From: Carcharhinus amblyrhynchos
Taxonomy: Eukaryota
DNA length: 64,000 nucleotides
NCBI GenBank assembly: GCA_965287045.1
Contig: OZ336879.1
Coordinates: forward strand, 64,232,001-64,296,000
Direction: 5' to 3'
Under the pieces are notes generated by a model. The model worked only from the letters and a program-made list of their open reading frames with translations. It made no database searches and had not been told where the DNA came from. Shown in pieces: positions 36,521 to 50,545 of this stretch. Every line of letters begins with the position of its first letter. The stretch's first letter is position 1. The translations under genes were made by a program, and so were the position numbers.

Positions 36521-39500
36521 TTGTTGAAACAAAATTGACCAGTTGCTTCACAGCCTGTAGCGGTTTTTTCAGAGGCTAAGTATTGAGCTTAACTTTAGCT
36601 AATACAAAGACTCGCAACACAGTATCCTGGTGAAAGATGTTTCTTTACTGACCACTGCACGCTGAGAGAGAAGGGCTGGACAATGCAACTCTTCTCTGAA
36701 GTTGTATCACAGTGACAATACAATTATACAAGACATTTTACCTGTCTTCTAACTCATCATGAGCAAATCATCATTAATAAATGTCATATACCTTAGTCAA
36801 TTACAGATATTCCTAGACAGCATGGGAACAATAAGTTTTAGCAGTTTCTGCCTGACTTTCCCATGGCCACCTGTCCTGGACTCTTATCTGGCTGATTCAT
36901 TAAGTTCTCTGGAGCCTCTAGCTTGTCCTTGCTCAATGAATATCTTATTTACTGAGCTGCCTGGTACCCATGCTGATAAGAGCTATGCTTCTATGGATGT
37001 ATTGTTATAAGGAATGTGGTTCACTTTACTGGCCTATTTCCTATGATGCCCTGAAACCCTGTGCCATTGGCCAAGATGTATGCCTGTTCAATAACACACT
37101 TTCAAAAATATATGTTTAAAATCTCTAACTGTGGTTATATATGTTTCTCTGCAAACAGTATCTCTGTAAGATAAGGTCGTCTGTGATTCTTACCCTAAGT
37201 TAATCCACTCAGTTCTAATAGTCATTATTAGTATTTTAAATCCCAGAGTATTTTGAAGTTCTCAAGCATAGCCCTCTCTCTGGTCCCATCACTTATTCAT
37301 GAAAAGTTAAAATGGCGATTGAAGCTGGCAGACAATGGCACAGTCTCATAGTGTGCCTGTCCATTTTGTGGACACTTCAGCTTGCATTGCATCACACAAC
37401 ATACTACTGCCACCAGTTTGCAGGAGTTTAGATCTAAGTACTCCACCGGAAATTTATACGGAAATGCTTCTCCCCCAGCATAAGTTATAATTTCTGTATG
37501 GAACATTTTATTCTAGAATTAAAAACTTAGTTGTATGTCAAGTGGATATGTGCAGAGTCCTTAAATGGAGGCATTGGACAACATTATGAACTACTGTTCC
37601 ACAATACTTGCATCTGATGCAGTTGTGTTACTGTATATTTAGTGGAATGGAGATGAACCTCTCTTAGAGTGCCTTTCATCTGTCCTCTATTTAGCATAAA
37701 ACCCATTGAAATTTCCACTGTAAATGGTTATGGATAAGTAGTTTTAAAATAAATTCTCAGTGTTGTAATCCTTGGCCGTTAACTATTGTATGGTGTTTAT
37801 AAATCTCTCAGGAATGCCATTTACGATATGCTAATAGTAGCTCTTGTGACTAGTTAGGGTACATGCTTTAATTAATCTCTGCACTAGTACTGAATCCATA
37901 AGCAACCAGCGGCAATTTCAGAATAATGATGGTGATTTTCAAAAGATACTTGTAACACTGCAGTGATTCCCATGTAGACTGTGATAACCAGTGGATAATT
38001 ATTTACTATATCATCTGTGGCATGAGCAGTTTGTGCTGGCAGCTCACATTGAATCTGTGTGACCATTCTCCTTATTCTCGGGCTGCCAAGCAAAGTTTGA
38101 CAGTTGAATATTGGCATGACTGACTCCATGAAACCACTGGCCTGGCACCAGTCTAACAAACTACTCGCATGTCAGATTGTACAGGGAAAATATTAACCTC
38201 CACTAGGACTGTAGTCTGAATGTCAAACAACCTGTTCTATCAATTACCTTGCTGAATATTATACACTTTGTATATTTGTTCAGTTGTCCACCAACCCCTC
38301 ACCCCTATCTCCTAAATCCTTAGTTTGTTCATGCTTCTACAAATATAACAAATTCTTTGACATTATATTTGTATAACATGGTGCATCTTACAGAGCACTA
38401 TCGTGTGTTGATAAAATGTTGAAGTAATTTGGCAGCTATGATCTGGATAGTATGATCAGTCACAGTACAGTATTTTTTGGTATTAGTGATACCCTTCATT
38501 GCTCAGACATGTAACCTACTGTATTCAGAGAAGTTATTGTATTGCACGCGACTCCTCATTCTGTGCGGTCCCTGTTGTAACAGTTGACTTACCAACCCCT
38601 CACAAGGATGAATCTACTATGCTCAAAACCATTCGGAAAACCTGGGCATAAATATTTTTATTTTGGGTGAATTTTCTTCCTCCTTTCCAGTTTTCCTGTA
38701 TTTATTTTTATCCTTTCTGCTATTCAGCTCATCAGAAAAACTGATGATAAACTCATGGGTTCAAATGCTGAATTACCCAGACTGCCATTAGCCCTTCTGT
38801 TTTTCAACAGTTATTTCAGAGCCCACTTGATTATAAATCAGTAGAACTAATAGTCTAACAGATCTGCAATTTGGATAACCCAACTTGTTTTGCTTTTCAA
38901 AATGCCCAGGGGTCACTAGTTAGGAACAGTCAACTGGAACAGGAATAACTTTTAAAATGTTTAAAGTGGTATACAAATAAAATCTATGGAATGGTCCCTT
39001 TAATGAAAAGTTGGATCAAGAAATAAACAGAGACAGGATACAGAGCTATTGCATCTCAGGCAGAGCAATTAGCTTTGAAGCTGCCTTTCTTTCGTTTGGA
39101 GATTTAATCCATGGAGCTTAGCGATTTGAAATGATTGTTTGTACCGTCTTCTGGTGAAGCTGGAAGGGCTCCAGCACATGTTTAAGCAGTGAACCTGGAT
39201 CTTTGATATTAATCAGTACTAAGCCACCTTAAGTTGATGCATCCTATTAAAATGTAATGTGAATCACTAATGTGAAACAGTTCTATGCTGTTTTTGAATT
39301 GAGACTCTGGTATCTTATGGAAATCTTATCTGGAGTCAGTCTGTGGTCCTGTGTTTGTGTGAAACATGCCTGACTGCTCTGGCAAATGATATTTATCTTT
39401 GAGGGCACTTTGTCTTTCCTTATCGATTTTTTTCCATAGAATTTCCTGCACAGAACTTAAAATGTTGATAGTTATCAATAACTTATCAATGTTTCAGAAC

Positions 39501-39562
39501 CTACATATTCTTAAAAATATCGAAGAATGGAGAAATGAACAATGTGAAACCGCCTGTAATAT

Positions 39563-39785
39563 GGGCAAGATTCTTCAACACCCCTAACCTCCCATCTGTA
39601 GTGTATTTTCCGGTGACTAAGGTGGCCCACCATTGTCCGGCAGTGGGATCTTTTGGTCCTGCTGGTATATACTAGGCTTTGCCCACCCCACACTCTCCGC
39701 CTCAAGGGAATGTGCCAAGGCGAGAGGTTGCCATTGACAGGACTGGAAGATCCCACCAGTTGGAAGGGCTGGAAAATTTCTGATC
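39563..39785. mobile_element. MITE (family of 58243)
   Basis: GGGCAAGATTCTTC start; shares GGGATCTT and GGACTGGAAGATCC..GCTGGAAAA with 58243-58484. Confidence 0.6.
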
Positions 39786-40274
39786 TATTTTACACATATA
39801 CAACAGTATTAAATTTAAAAAAAGTAAATTTAAGGGGAAAAAATCTGTTCACCTAACAGTGCTGCACAAATTTACTTTGCTTCCTCAAAGCAGGCAGCGC
39901 CATGGACACACTTGCTATAAATGTCATACTTTTTCACTGTTATTTCTGTAATAACCAATGTCACATCTGACTGACACTTAAACTTGCCTATGGCTATTCA
40001 TTATATTTAGTCACATTGAGCCCTCTCGGCTCTGTCTCTAAGACAACAGGCATGATAACATTCTTTTGTGTGATGGTTTGGGAATGCAAACACCATATAA
40101 TACAGCATTGGAGCATGTGAACTTTCCAAAGCTGCAGAAGAGGTGTGATGGTAGACGCCTGAATATTATAATATTTCATTTTCCTCTCCATGACCCAAAG
40201 CAAGATATCACCTCTGCATCCTTACTTACTTCATCATTCACCATTATTCTCTCATTTGGCAGCTCAGAGAAAAT

Positions 40275-40397
40275 TCACTGGGAGCTGTAGACAGTTCAGG
40301 TCTCACTGGGAAGTGTGGATAGTTCAGGTCTCACTGGGAAGTGGGGACGGTTCAGGTCTTACTGGGAGATGGGGACGGTTCAGGTGTCACTGGGAGA
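40275..40397. repeat. Minisatellite, 28 bp x ~4.4
   Basis: TCACTGGGAAGTGGGGACGGTTCAGGTC-like units at 40275, 40303, 40331, 40359 and 40387. Confidence 0.92.
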
Positions 40398-41161
40398 AAC
40401 AGAATTCATGAGGGTGCCAGAGGATTTAGAATCTACAAATGGTGAGCCAAAGTTCTGGAAGTCTAGCCTTGACTGTAGCAAACATACACTCCGATGTCAC
40501 AGATCTGGACAAGTATCATGCTGATGGAGATTTAAGGGCCATCTCAAGGCATCCAGGATACATTTACAAGGATTATAGTGGAGTCCAAAGCCATCTTCAC
40601 TGTCAATATCTGAATGGGGTCCAAGATTTTTCACCAGTACCCGAAGTAGAGCATCTAAATCTGAGCCACATCCCAGCAACTCCACTAGCAGCCTCCCACC
40701 CTCACCCCCGAGGCACTCCAAACTGGAACTGCATCAAATTTTGACAATCTGATTACTGGTTACCAGGTATGGGAAACATTTGGAGAGATTGATGTCAGTT
40801 AACTTTGGGTGTCATCTCTCCACTTGCTGATCGCTTGATACTCCAATCCAATTGGTAAACCTATGACACCATTCTCTCTCTAGATGACAACTCATTACTT
40901 TTTTTCAGTCAGCTTCCCCAAACACCCACTTGTGTGGCCATTAAGGCCACACTTCCCATGCATTCACATTGGCAGTGTAGCCTGCTGGTAAATGCTTCTG
41001 GGATTTTGAGGTCTTGAGGAGAAGGGTCATCTCTGTCCTAAAATACTTATGAAACCACAATGCAGCCTGGTAGCTGTCACCTTCAGGCATTGCTTAGCAC
41101 AGCACAGGATTTAAGTAAAACTACAGAGAGGCACCAAGGGTGGTATGATGTTCAGAAGAAG

Positions 41162-41352
41162 TGATGTGGGTATGCCGGCGTTGGACTGGCGTAAACACAG
41201 TAAAAAGTCTGACAACACCAGGTTTTAGTCCAATGGAGAGTTCTCATTCACTCTCCATTCACCTGACGAAGAGGGTGTCCCTCGAAAGCTTGTGAGTATA
41301 TTATCAAATAAATAGGTTGAACTAAAACCTGGTGTTGTCAGACTTTTTACTG
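41162..41352 (-). mobile_element. Young Penelope-like fold-back insertion, copy 3
   Basis: Same terminus; the left arm is internally deleted and the inverted arm carries the hammerhead; TSD TGTTCAGAAGAAG at 41149-41161 and 41353-41365. Confidence 0.85.
41257..41297 (+). ncRNA. Minimal type I hammerhead ribozyme motif, intact
   Basis: ATTCAC-CTGACGA-A-GAGGG(TGT)CCCTC-GAAA-GCTT-GTGAGT. Confidence 0.78.
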
Positions 41353-41784
41353 TGTTCAGAAGAAGCACAGACTATAAATGTGCATAATTAAAACAATTTG
41401 TGATATAAAATCCATTGTTCCAAACTATGCTTTTTTTTTGTGTTTTCAAGGTTTAGAATTCTGTATTAGGACCTGCTTTCTTCTGTACCTCCTTATTGAA
41501 ACCTTGTTTATCTGTTACATTCCAAGGAAATGGCATTCATTCTTTGTAGCTTCTAGTTTAAAGTCACTGCTTAGAAAAGGAAGACCTGAATGCATTGAGC
41601 CTTTAATGATTTCAGGAGTTCTGAAGTGTAATCAGTATTGTAACGTAAGCAAACACAGCAACAATTTTGGAATGACAAGGTTTCACAAACAACAATAATA
41701 TAAAATGATGAATAATCTGTATGAATGGGTGAAGTATAAAATATTGGTCCAAAGCTTTTTCTTCCGTTCTTCTTTGAATAAAGG

Positions 41785-41975
41785 GCTTTCATTGCTTTTA
41801 TGTCCACCAGAGATTACAGATGGGGCCATGGTGTAATGTCTTTTTCAGGCCCTCTGACAATACTGCGCACTCTCAACATTGCACTGAACGTGTCAGGTTA
41901 GATTATCTGAAGTATGGCTTGAACCCAAGACATTCTGAATCAGATGTGAGAGTACTGCCATGGTGCCAAACCTGT
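41785..41975 (-). mobile_element. Deu-domain SINE, degenerate
   Basis: TTTTATGTCCACC..CAGATGGGGCC..CTCTGACAATACTGCGCACTCTCAACATTGCACTG..CTTGAACCC..TTCTGAATCAGA. Confidence 0.6.
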
Positions 41976-42974
41976 CAGTTGGGTTCAGCATTCTCCTTTC
42001 TCATAGTCAGGTCTCATGTAATACTACATTTCTCTTTAACTTCTCATTGTTTTTGCTTTAGTTTTTGCAAATTAATTGAAGAAAATGTTTGAGTAAAATT
42101 GATATTGAATTTTTAATAGAAGTATTGCTTTTCAAAACAGGCCACGTATGTTTTTGTGTATTTATGAATAAATATAAATGACCATTAGCACAAGTATCAT
42201 ACCTTTTGTGTTCTGAAAATGTAAATTTCTGTAAAAGTATTACGTTCAGAGTGATTGAGGCCTTGATCACAAATCTAACCTTACCCTCTCACCAACTGCA
42301 AATGAGTTTAAGTCATAAAAGTAAAGAGGAACCCGTCCTCTCTCTGCTGTGCTGGGTGGCAAGGCATCCGAGCATACAATGCAATAGTGAGCCCGATTTT
42401 AGTTCTAATGGATGCCAGCTGGATTACCAGGGCTCAACAAACTGGACAACAAAATAGTGCTAAGGTACTTTTTATAAAACTCCCTGCCTAGGCCAGGCGG
42501 AGCAGGCGTGCTTGTTCCAGGCCCTCAGTCAGCCTCCACCCCATTCCCTGTGGCGACAGCCCCCAAAAAGCAAGTCTTGATTTGCAATCTGATGGACCTC
42601 CTGCTGCTTGATTTCCCACCTAACCTGGTGTCAAATTGGGTGCAGACATTCGCTTCCGCAGCCTTGCTGGGTTTCCCTTGCATGAGCTCCCCTGCACTCT
42701 CCTCACTTCTCTGTAAATATCAGGGCCAGAGTGTTTCTCCTCATTGTAACGGATCTCAGATCATCCCTACACACCTAGTTGTGTTAAGAGTGGTCTTTAA
42801 TTATTTGCTTCCATCTGTGTTCAGTTAGGAATGCAAATTTGTCAAAAGTCAATGGATAGAAAAATCGAGTTCGATGAATAAGATATCCCTAGTTTTTCAC
42901 TTTGTCAAAATAAAAGCACTCCCATAGTTTTTTACCTCAGTGAAATTGATTTGTGAAAACTTTAAATATTACTT

Positions 42975-43061
42975 GTGTTTATTGATAGTAGAATGTATGT
43001 TTATTGCTAGTAGAATGTACGTTTATTGCTAGTAGAATGCGTGTTTATTGATAGTAGAATG
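42975..43061. repeat. Minisatellite, 22 bp x 4
   Basis: GTGTTTATTG(A/C)TAGTAGAATG(T/C) units. Confidence 0.92.
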
Positions 43062-44295
43062 ATAGTATTCAGATTGTTAGTAATAAGCAGACCTGGTATT
43101 ATCCTCCCTGTGGCATGAACACTTCTGTTATGAAAGTGACACAGCTGACTCACTACAAACAATGCCATGAGGGATGTGCTGGCAATATATCTGAAGCATG
43201 CTAAGTATGTGACTTTATCACACTTCTCTATTACACCTCGGCATCACACTATTATATCAACCTTTTTATATTCAAATTCTTGCAGTGTAAGTTCTTCCCA
43301 TTAATTTATTCAAGCTCAGTGCCACTTTCTTCCAGCTAATTGGCTAGTATGCAAATGTATTACATGCTTCATGTTTAATACCTGTAATTCAACCATATAT
43401 GCAGCTTTCTGAGAAGAGACAATGACCCATGTGAATTAGATCACTGAACAAATTCTGTTACATTTTTGTCTTTTCTCTTCAACAAACCTACTAAAATAAG
43501 GTTTGTATCCGAAGAGGAAAACATATTTCAGAATAATGATGACATGATTACACTTCATGTTGTCTTTTGTACTTTTTGACTAGTTTCATTAATGTATTTT
43601 TTTGGGAAGTACTACATCTGCAGCATTTATCTATTACTTTCTCAGTGCATCTCAATGTAACAGTTGGTGTTTCCTCTTGATGTGAAAAGATTTCTTGACT
43701 TCTTCATTTCAAAACAAAAATGAGAAGAAATTTTCATTTTTTTTTGTGTTTAAACAATTATGGATATAGGGACTGCTCCTTTCCCACTCCTGGATAGAAT
43801 TTGGTCTAAAGAGAGAAGCATTTGTGCCAAACAGATCTGCTCACTCATGTTTGTTTATGCTCACAAACACAAATCAATATTTATTTCTTCACATAAGTTC
43901 TTTATTCAGAATTTGCCAGTGAAATTAAATTGAGTTTGAAGCTGAAATTAAATGGTAGGGTTGGACTTTGCTGACTTTTGCTGCTAATATCTTCACTCCT
44001 TCTGATTCATTATAATCCACACCAATCATAATAAGCCTTTATTTTTGGCTCCATATGCAATAAGGGATCCTTCTCTTCAACATTTACACTGCCTGCTTCT
44101 TTGCAGTTAACTTGAAAGAAAAATACATTTACTCATTTGAAGAAGAATGCCTTTCAAGCCATGCACTTATTTATTGTTCCAGAGTCAGATGTAGAGGCAG
44201 GAATGTAGAAGATGGTTAGTTATTTTATAAAATATTGCTTGTTTATCTTCTAGGAGCGAGCCAAAAATACTTAGTATCTGCATGCAGACTTATAT

Positions 44296-45040
44296 GGTAG
44301 AATCTTCAGTCCTTAGTGGGTATATCACACATTGTATGAAAAACTGGCATGATACATTCACTGACCCTGAGAAGGTCTGTTCTATTGTCTGCTCATTAGG
44401 TAGTTAAATGGGCATCAGTGGGCATTCCTCCAGACTGAGGACCTTGGAAGACAATCTCCTACCCTCATAGCACTGTTGACTAATCAGAGCCTGGCAGCTC
44501 TTGCACTTGGTAGCACCAGAGAGGCTGTTGGAGCAAGAGGTCCTGGAGTCCCAGGATCATAAAGTAACCAAGGAGGAAAAGCAAATGCTGCTGGGGGTGG
44601 TGGATGGGGGCGAAAGGGAGGGGGGGATCTTGCAGGGTGTTGGTTTTGGGGAGCTGAGGGCTGTGGGACTCAGCAGCAAGAGTTGGGTTGAGGGGAGGGT
44701 GATTGTCTGTCTAAAGCCACCCCTCTGTCCCATGTTCACGCACAGATTAATGCAGATGAGGGAACACCCTCCCCCACGCTACCCCCCAAGCTGACATGCA
44801 GCCTGCATTTCTACCAGTTATGCAGGCCACACACTTGCAGGGTCACCTGCTGCTGGGAAGATTCCAGCGGATGTGGGAAAAGGGCCCTAAGTGGATGCTA
44901 ATTGGCAATTGGATGACTATGAGTTTGCCCACCCAGAACTTCTGGTGGAAGAAGGAAAGCATCACGTATCAGTCCCAATGCCCACCCACCACCTTCCTTG
45001 CCTCATGGTTAGGAGTGCAGTGGTGTGGAAAATTCCAGCC
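44296..45040. mobile_element. Degenerate TIR element with G-rich interior
   Basis: Right end GGAAAATTCCAGCC as in the MITE family; left end GGTAGAATCTTC is weak. Confidence 0.45.
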
Positions 45041-47204
45041 ATAAACATACAAATCATTGCTATTAGATATAGAATTCTCTCCAGTACTCATAGGTCCGGT
45101 CCCAGTTCTGTCGAACACAGTGCTATAAAAACACTAGATTGCTCTCCCCTAATGATCCCAGATTCCACACTTCACAATTTAGTATAGAGTCACTCTGATG
45201 CCAAACCTCATACCTTCTCTCATTGACACAAAGCTCAAATCCAGTTAGAGCTCCAGTGCTAGACTATGCACCATTCCCGGTGTTGTAAAGCTGTTTAATT
45301 CCTTCCCACCGCAGTTAAACACCAGCAAAGTCCCCTCGCTGTTAAAGACTTTTTCTACTCGAAAAATAAAAGTGTTCCATCTTCCATCTCTCAACTAAGT
45401 AAGCGTAAATTTCACTAACAAAAATGGACCAGTGGGATTTGAACAACTCGTACCAATTTTCTTGCTTATGTTTAGAAATCTTTTAATGAATCAGCCACAG
45501 ATTACCAAGCGCTGATTCAGGGGGTTCGTTTAAGAGCTTCAACAAATTTCAATTTTACTGTCGTCATATATTCTACTTTAGACAGGGTAGGGCAACTTGT
45601 ACAAGCTCCACTCAGCCAAGACTTGTTCTTGAAGAAATTTTAACTGGTAATTAAGTGGCTGTTACACTCAAGTACTCTTATCACCATGAAAATGGAAGTT
45701 TGATACGTGTTTAACAGGTTTCCTGATACTGGGTGACAATTAAGAGCAGATTTTATTCTATATATTACTTAGCTTCAATATTTAAATCATTCTTCCTATT
45801 GTTTAACATCCACCTTCTTTCATTAACAACGTAATGTTTGCTATCAGTCATTTTGAAGAATGATTCTTTGGCCGATGTTTTAAATCATTCAAAACTCATC
45901 CATTTGCACAAAAAGTTAAAATTGGACTTTTTGTTTTTCTCTTTCTACTGTTTATCTGTTTGAATTATGCACATTTAATGGAGATCAGTCCCTTTGTCTC
46001 TCATTTGAAATAATTGTTGTATATTTTCTTTTATTAAACCAATGGACCATAAATAATCCTGCCCTCGTCTGTACTTGACTAAACCAGACATGTTTTTGGA
46101 GACGTCAGTTTCCTCAGGCATCTACATTGTGAGATGATATTCTTTTAGAGTATGTTCAATCACTGAGTTATGCAAAACCCTTGTTTGACGTGCCCTCTTT
46201 CTGTCTGCCTTCTCTTCTGCTTTTTTTTTGTAACATCTGAATTTTACATTTTCTAAAACCTCAGGCAGTCAGGCAATTGCTGGTGGGGAAAAGAAACTTG
46301 TGAGCAATCTGTACCACAGCAATCGTTTAAAAATTTACCTTTATTGGTGGTGGTCACCCAGCAGTCAAAGATTTGATTGAAGCAGACTTGACTGTTCTGC
46401 TTTGTAATATTGAATATAGCAGAAAGCACCTAAAATAGGCATAAGGCCTCTCAATTTAGTAAACAAGAGTCCTAATTAGGGACCCCAGAAAACTTGTATT
46501 ACCCAGTTTCAGGTTAGATATCATTCAGATATATTGGACCTGTGTGATTGGGCTCCACAAATTGACCCTCACTGAGCCATTTTAAATGGATGTATTGAGG
46601 CCCAATTTCTATTCTAATGGGTCAAATTGTTGTAAACTTCTATGTTCTTTTAATATCAGTGCACATTCTGCTTGTAAGATGACCATTTTGCAACCAAACA
46701 TATATTTTCTCTCAGCGTTGCCTTCAGGGCAGCCATCTGGAGTTATTTGCATGCTTTCAAAAGCGATGTGGCTTTGGTTTGCTACCTCGGGATGTAGAGT
46801 GCTGAAAGATTAGCTGAAAGTTTAGGTATTCAAAACTCAGCACAAGTTTTGTTCTACTTTGGGCCCTTACTTCACATGAATGTTGTAATAAATTAAGTCG
46901 GTCTCATTCTTAACCCTACACACTAGTTTCTATTTCTGGATTCTCTCTTTGAATAGATCCAGTATTTACACTGTTAGTCAAAGTGTTTGCTCTTTCCTCT
47001 TGTCGATTGTTCCTCTAATAGTTTGGAACAGTGACAGTGCATGGCTGGGGAAGCTGGAACATGGAGATTAGTGACAAGACTCGAATAAAGCATTTGAAAT
47101 GAAAGGATTTGGATAGATATTACGTGTGTCATGAGCAGCCAAGCAGACAAACTACTGGGTGCCCAAGGAAGTTGGTGTAAAGAGCAGCTTGTCTGAGGCA
47201 GTGA

Positions 47205-47436
47205 TATCAAGGAAGCTCAAATATTCTGGACGTGTTATGTGAACAAGACGGGAGTGTTTGGAAATGAGGTAATGCAAGGCAAAACACCTGGGAAACGTGC
47301 ACATGTAAGACCTAAGATGGGCAGATAATGGACTGGCCTCTCTATGGGACAGGCAGCGGAGAATACGAATCAGTGGAGAAAAATTGCTTGTAGTGCCGTC
47401 AACCCTCGGAATGAGGATGAATGAAAGACGAGACGA
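47205..47436 (+). mobile_element. RTE-clade LINE 3' end
   Basis: Decayed RKLKYSGRVM..VMQGKTPGKRAHVRPKM..AAENTNQWRKI..AVNPRNED. Confidence 0.7.
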
Positions 47437-47470
47437 AATACCTCACTCGGTGTTGGAAAGATCACCACAA

Positions 47471-47660
47471 GAAAAGAAAGGCTTCCATTTATATTGTGCC
47501 TTCTTGACCTTGGAATGTTTCAAGGTGTTTAAAGTCTTTTTCAACCAATGAAGTACTTTTAAAGTGTAGTCACTGTTGTGATGATTAAAGTGGCAGCATG
47601 AATGTGTAAAGGGTAGCAAAGTGATGGCAAGAAATGGACGACAGCAGATCACCCACTTGT
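47471..47660 (-). mobile_element. SINE/L2-type tail
   Basis: AGAAAGGCTTCCATTTATATTGTGCCTT..CCAATGAAGTACTTTTAAAGTGTAGTCACTGTTGT is the reverse complement of the 48390-48490 tail type. Confidence 0.6.
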
Positions 47661-48209
47661 TGTATGCAGTGCCTGATACTTGGTACATTGCAATCTGTGG
47701 AATTAAATATCATACCCAACATATAACAGGCAGCCAGTTCGATACTGCTGTTTTACACCACTGCTCAAAGCAAATTTCTGTCTCCAAATTCTGTAACAGA
47801 GCTATGCGTATTTTCTCAATGGATGTTATTTGCATGGGGCAGTTGAATTCTTTCCAACAACGAAGAAGACAGTATAGTATTGTGATAGGTAACCTAGCAT
47901 TCTACCACATTTCTGAGTACATTACCAATTATCAAAGCACTTTACATTGTTGTGACCTATTCAATATAAATATCTATTATCTCCCATTACTGACGCCTGT
48001 TCTGTCAGCTGAGGTCTGCACAGTAAACCTCAGTGACTGGATTCCCATGTTTAAACATGTTTTGTTATATTAACCCACATCAGTGAAATTATAACAGGAA
48101 TATATTTTCTGAAGCTAAGATGGTAGTCAAGGCAAAATTGTGGGCATTATTATTGCAGATAACAATGCCATCCAGTTTGATTTCACAAGACTGTAAGTCT
48201 TGGTGACCA

Positions 48210-48490
48210 ATTGCAGTACTGAGGGAGGGGGGCACTTTTCAGATTAGGTGTGAAAGCAAAGCCCCTCCTGTGCTCTCAGGTGGATGTAAAGAAGTTCATG
48301 AAGGGGAGCAGATCTCCTTTCTGGTCGTTAGCACATTGCTTGTTTATGAGAACCTCCTCTGTGCACTTTGGTTGCTGTATTGTTCTGCATCACAACAGTG
48401 GCTACACTTTAAGTACGTCATTGATTTCAAAATGCTTTAGGATGTTGAGATTGTGAAAGATGAAGTATAAATACAAGTTCTTCTTCTTTT
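48210..48490 (+). mobile_element. Deu-domain SINE
   Basis: GCAGTACTGAGGGAG..CTTTTCAGAT..CTCTCAGGTGGATGTAAAG..ACAACAGTGGCTACACTT..TATAAATACAAGTTCTT. Confidence 0.65.
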
Positions 48491-48735
48491 CACACAAAAT
48501 TGAAATAACGGTGCCCTTGAGCAGCTGTCCTTATCCAGATTAACAGTTTAGATAGTCCCATGAATGGTAGATCACCTGCCTTGATGTGGTTTACTGATGA
48601 CTCAGATCTTCATGATGTGCATTGATTTATTTTTACATTCACAACTGAAAATGACTGGAGATTTGTTTTACGCTTTCTTTACAAGACTCCAGTAGGTGAC
48701 CTTTCCTATGTTCACAAAACCAAACTGCTGCACAT

Positions 48736-48850
48736 TCTGAAAATAAGGAAGAAAAACTGATGGGGCCGCCAACATTCAGCAAGTCAGACAGCATCTGTGG
48801 AGGGAAGGAAAGACAGTTAACCTTTCCTGCTGATGACCTTTTATCAGAGC
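48736..48850 (-). mobile_element. Second-lineage hammerhead-type repeat end, degenerate
   Basis: Minus strand CTGATAA-AAGGTCATCAGCAG-GAAA-GGTTAAC then TCCACAGATGCTGTCTGACTTGCTGA. Confidence 0.5.
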
Positions 48851-50159
48851 TGCTTTTATGTTGGCTTCCAGTTTAGTTTTAAAAATCGCTTTGAATGTAA
48901 TCATCAGAATGAAGCAAAAAGGAGAACTGCTCCTATCCACTTTATCACTGAGGAGACCGGCTGATGTGTTTGCAATTCCTCCCCTCTTCACCTGTAATCC
49001 TGATGAGAAGTTTGAAAACTGTATTTACTAGGATTATTTGCACATTAGATTGAATTTTCAAGCAGTTACACTTTAATCTTCTCTCCTTTTGATGTCGACA
49101 CTTAGTGGCTGAATTATGTAGCACTTACTCCAGGTGGTAACTAGGAATTACCTTGTTGTACGTTGCTTTGTCTTGAAGTGCCTTATGATGTTTAGTGCCA
49201 GATCAGTTGTTGATGAGCCAAATGGTTCTTGGTGCTCAGTTTCACCTATGCTTAAATGTGGTTTTAATCTCATTTTTCTGACGTGGATTACTGATGAAAT
49301 GATGGCTGAAGCATTCTTTTAGACATCCCATTTAAATGATCAGTGAGTAAATGTGTTTAGTCTCAAGCACTGCCGTTTGCTCAAGCATTAAGGTGTAATC
49401 CTGCAGATCAAAGAGAATAGGCTAGAAAAACTGCATTCCAATAATCTGGATAAAATTTTGTTAGAGCTAATTTTCTTGAATTTGTATCTTCTACTTGTAT
49501 TTGGATGACATTCATGTCTACTTCTGCAACAACAGTCTTGACCCCTCTATTGCCTTTGCACCAGATTTTCCCAAATCTTTCTCCACTATGACCCCATTTT
49601 AATGCTTGAAAATTATCGGTGTGGCCCCAGAATGAGAATGGGAGATGAGAATGGTTATTTGTTTAGTGGGGCTTTGTGTATGTGTGTGTGTGGGGAGGGG
49701 GGAAGGGAATGGTGGCGGGGGTGGGGGTGTGTGGAGCAAGTGCTTTTGCCCCAAATAGTTGAAGAACTCTGGGCCCTGGGAGCTAAGGGTCATGCATGTG
49801 CATTTTGTAGAGCCTGATCAATCCGGGATTGTCCTGCCATCCGCCAATGTATGCACTCAAAGTGCATTATCAGTATGTCCAAGGAAGTTCTGATTAACCG
49901 CTCAGGGTGCCGAATTGAATGGCCAGCCAAAGTAGTAATAAGCTGTCACATTGATGAACATGAGAAACAGTCATGTCTCAGCCAGAGTTTCTGCTCGACA
50001 GTCACTATTGCTGTCTCGGAGCTCATGGTCCCAAGAGATCAGCCCATGGTTTGGAAGTTCCTGTTCTATATAGTGTCCATGCCTAATTCCCAGATAGCAG
50101 CACTTTTATCCAGCTAAATATTGGTGAGACTAAAATCATTTTCTTTCATGCCCCACTCC

Positions 50160-50545
50160 AAACCCCCTTTTCTCAATACTAGCCACAACTGGGCCCCTAA
50201 ATTAAAATTTCTCATTGTCATATTTAAACAGCTTTGTTGCCTCACCCTTTCCAAATTTTTCCCCATCCCCAAACTCTCCATATCTCTGACAACAGTTTAG
50301 TGCAATCCCCCTGTTCAGCTCCAGTGTTGATCACTGTCTCTTTTGTTGCCTGGGCTTCACACTCTGGAATTCTTTTTCTAAATCCCTGCCTTGGCCTTTC
50401 TCTCATTTTAAGATCCTCCTTAAAACTCATTTCCTTTGACCAAGCGTATATTTACCCATCCTAATTATCTCTTCATTTGGCTCAATGTCGCGTCTCTGCA
50501 TCTGAAGTGTTTTGGGATATTTTTCTATAAATGCAATTGATTGCT
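50160..50545 (+). mobile_element. L2 LINE 3' remnant
   Basis: CTCTGGAATTCT (LWNS) and TTTAAGATCCTCCTTAAAACTCATTTCCTTTGACCAAGC (FKILLKTH). Confidence 0.6.

Noticed and set aside
40920-40955. CVAIKA peptide resembling the Harbinger DxTHVAIKAP motif
   Set aside because: Too short and lacks the catalytic residues or flanking support.
47621-48073. 150-aa ORF as a host gene
   Set aside because: No recognisable domain, starts at GTG within a SINE tail, and has no supporting splice structure.
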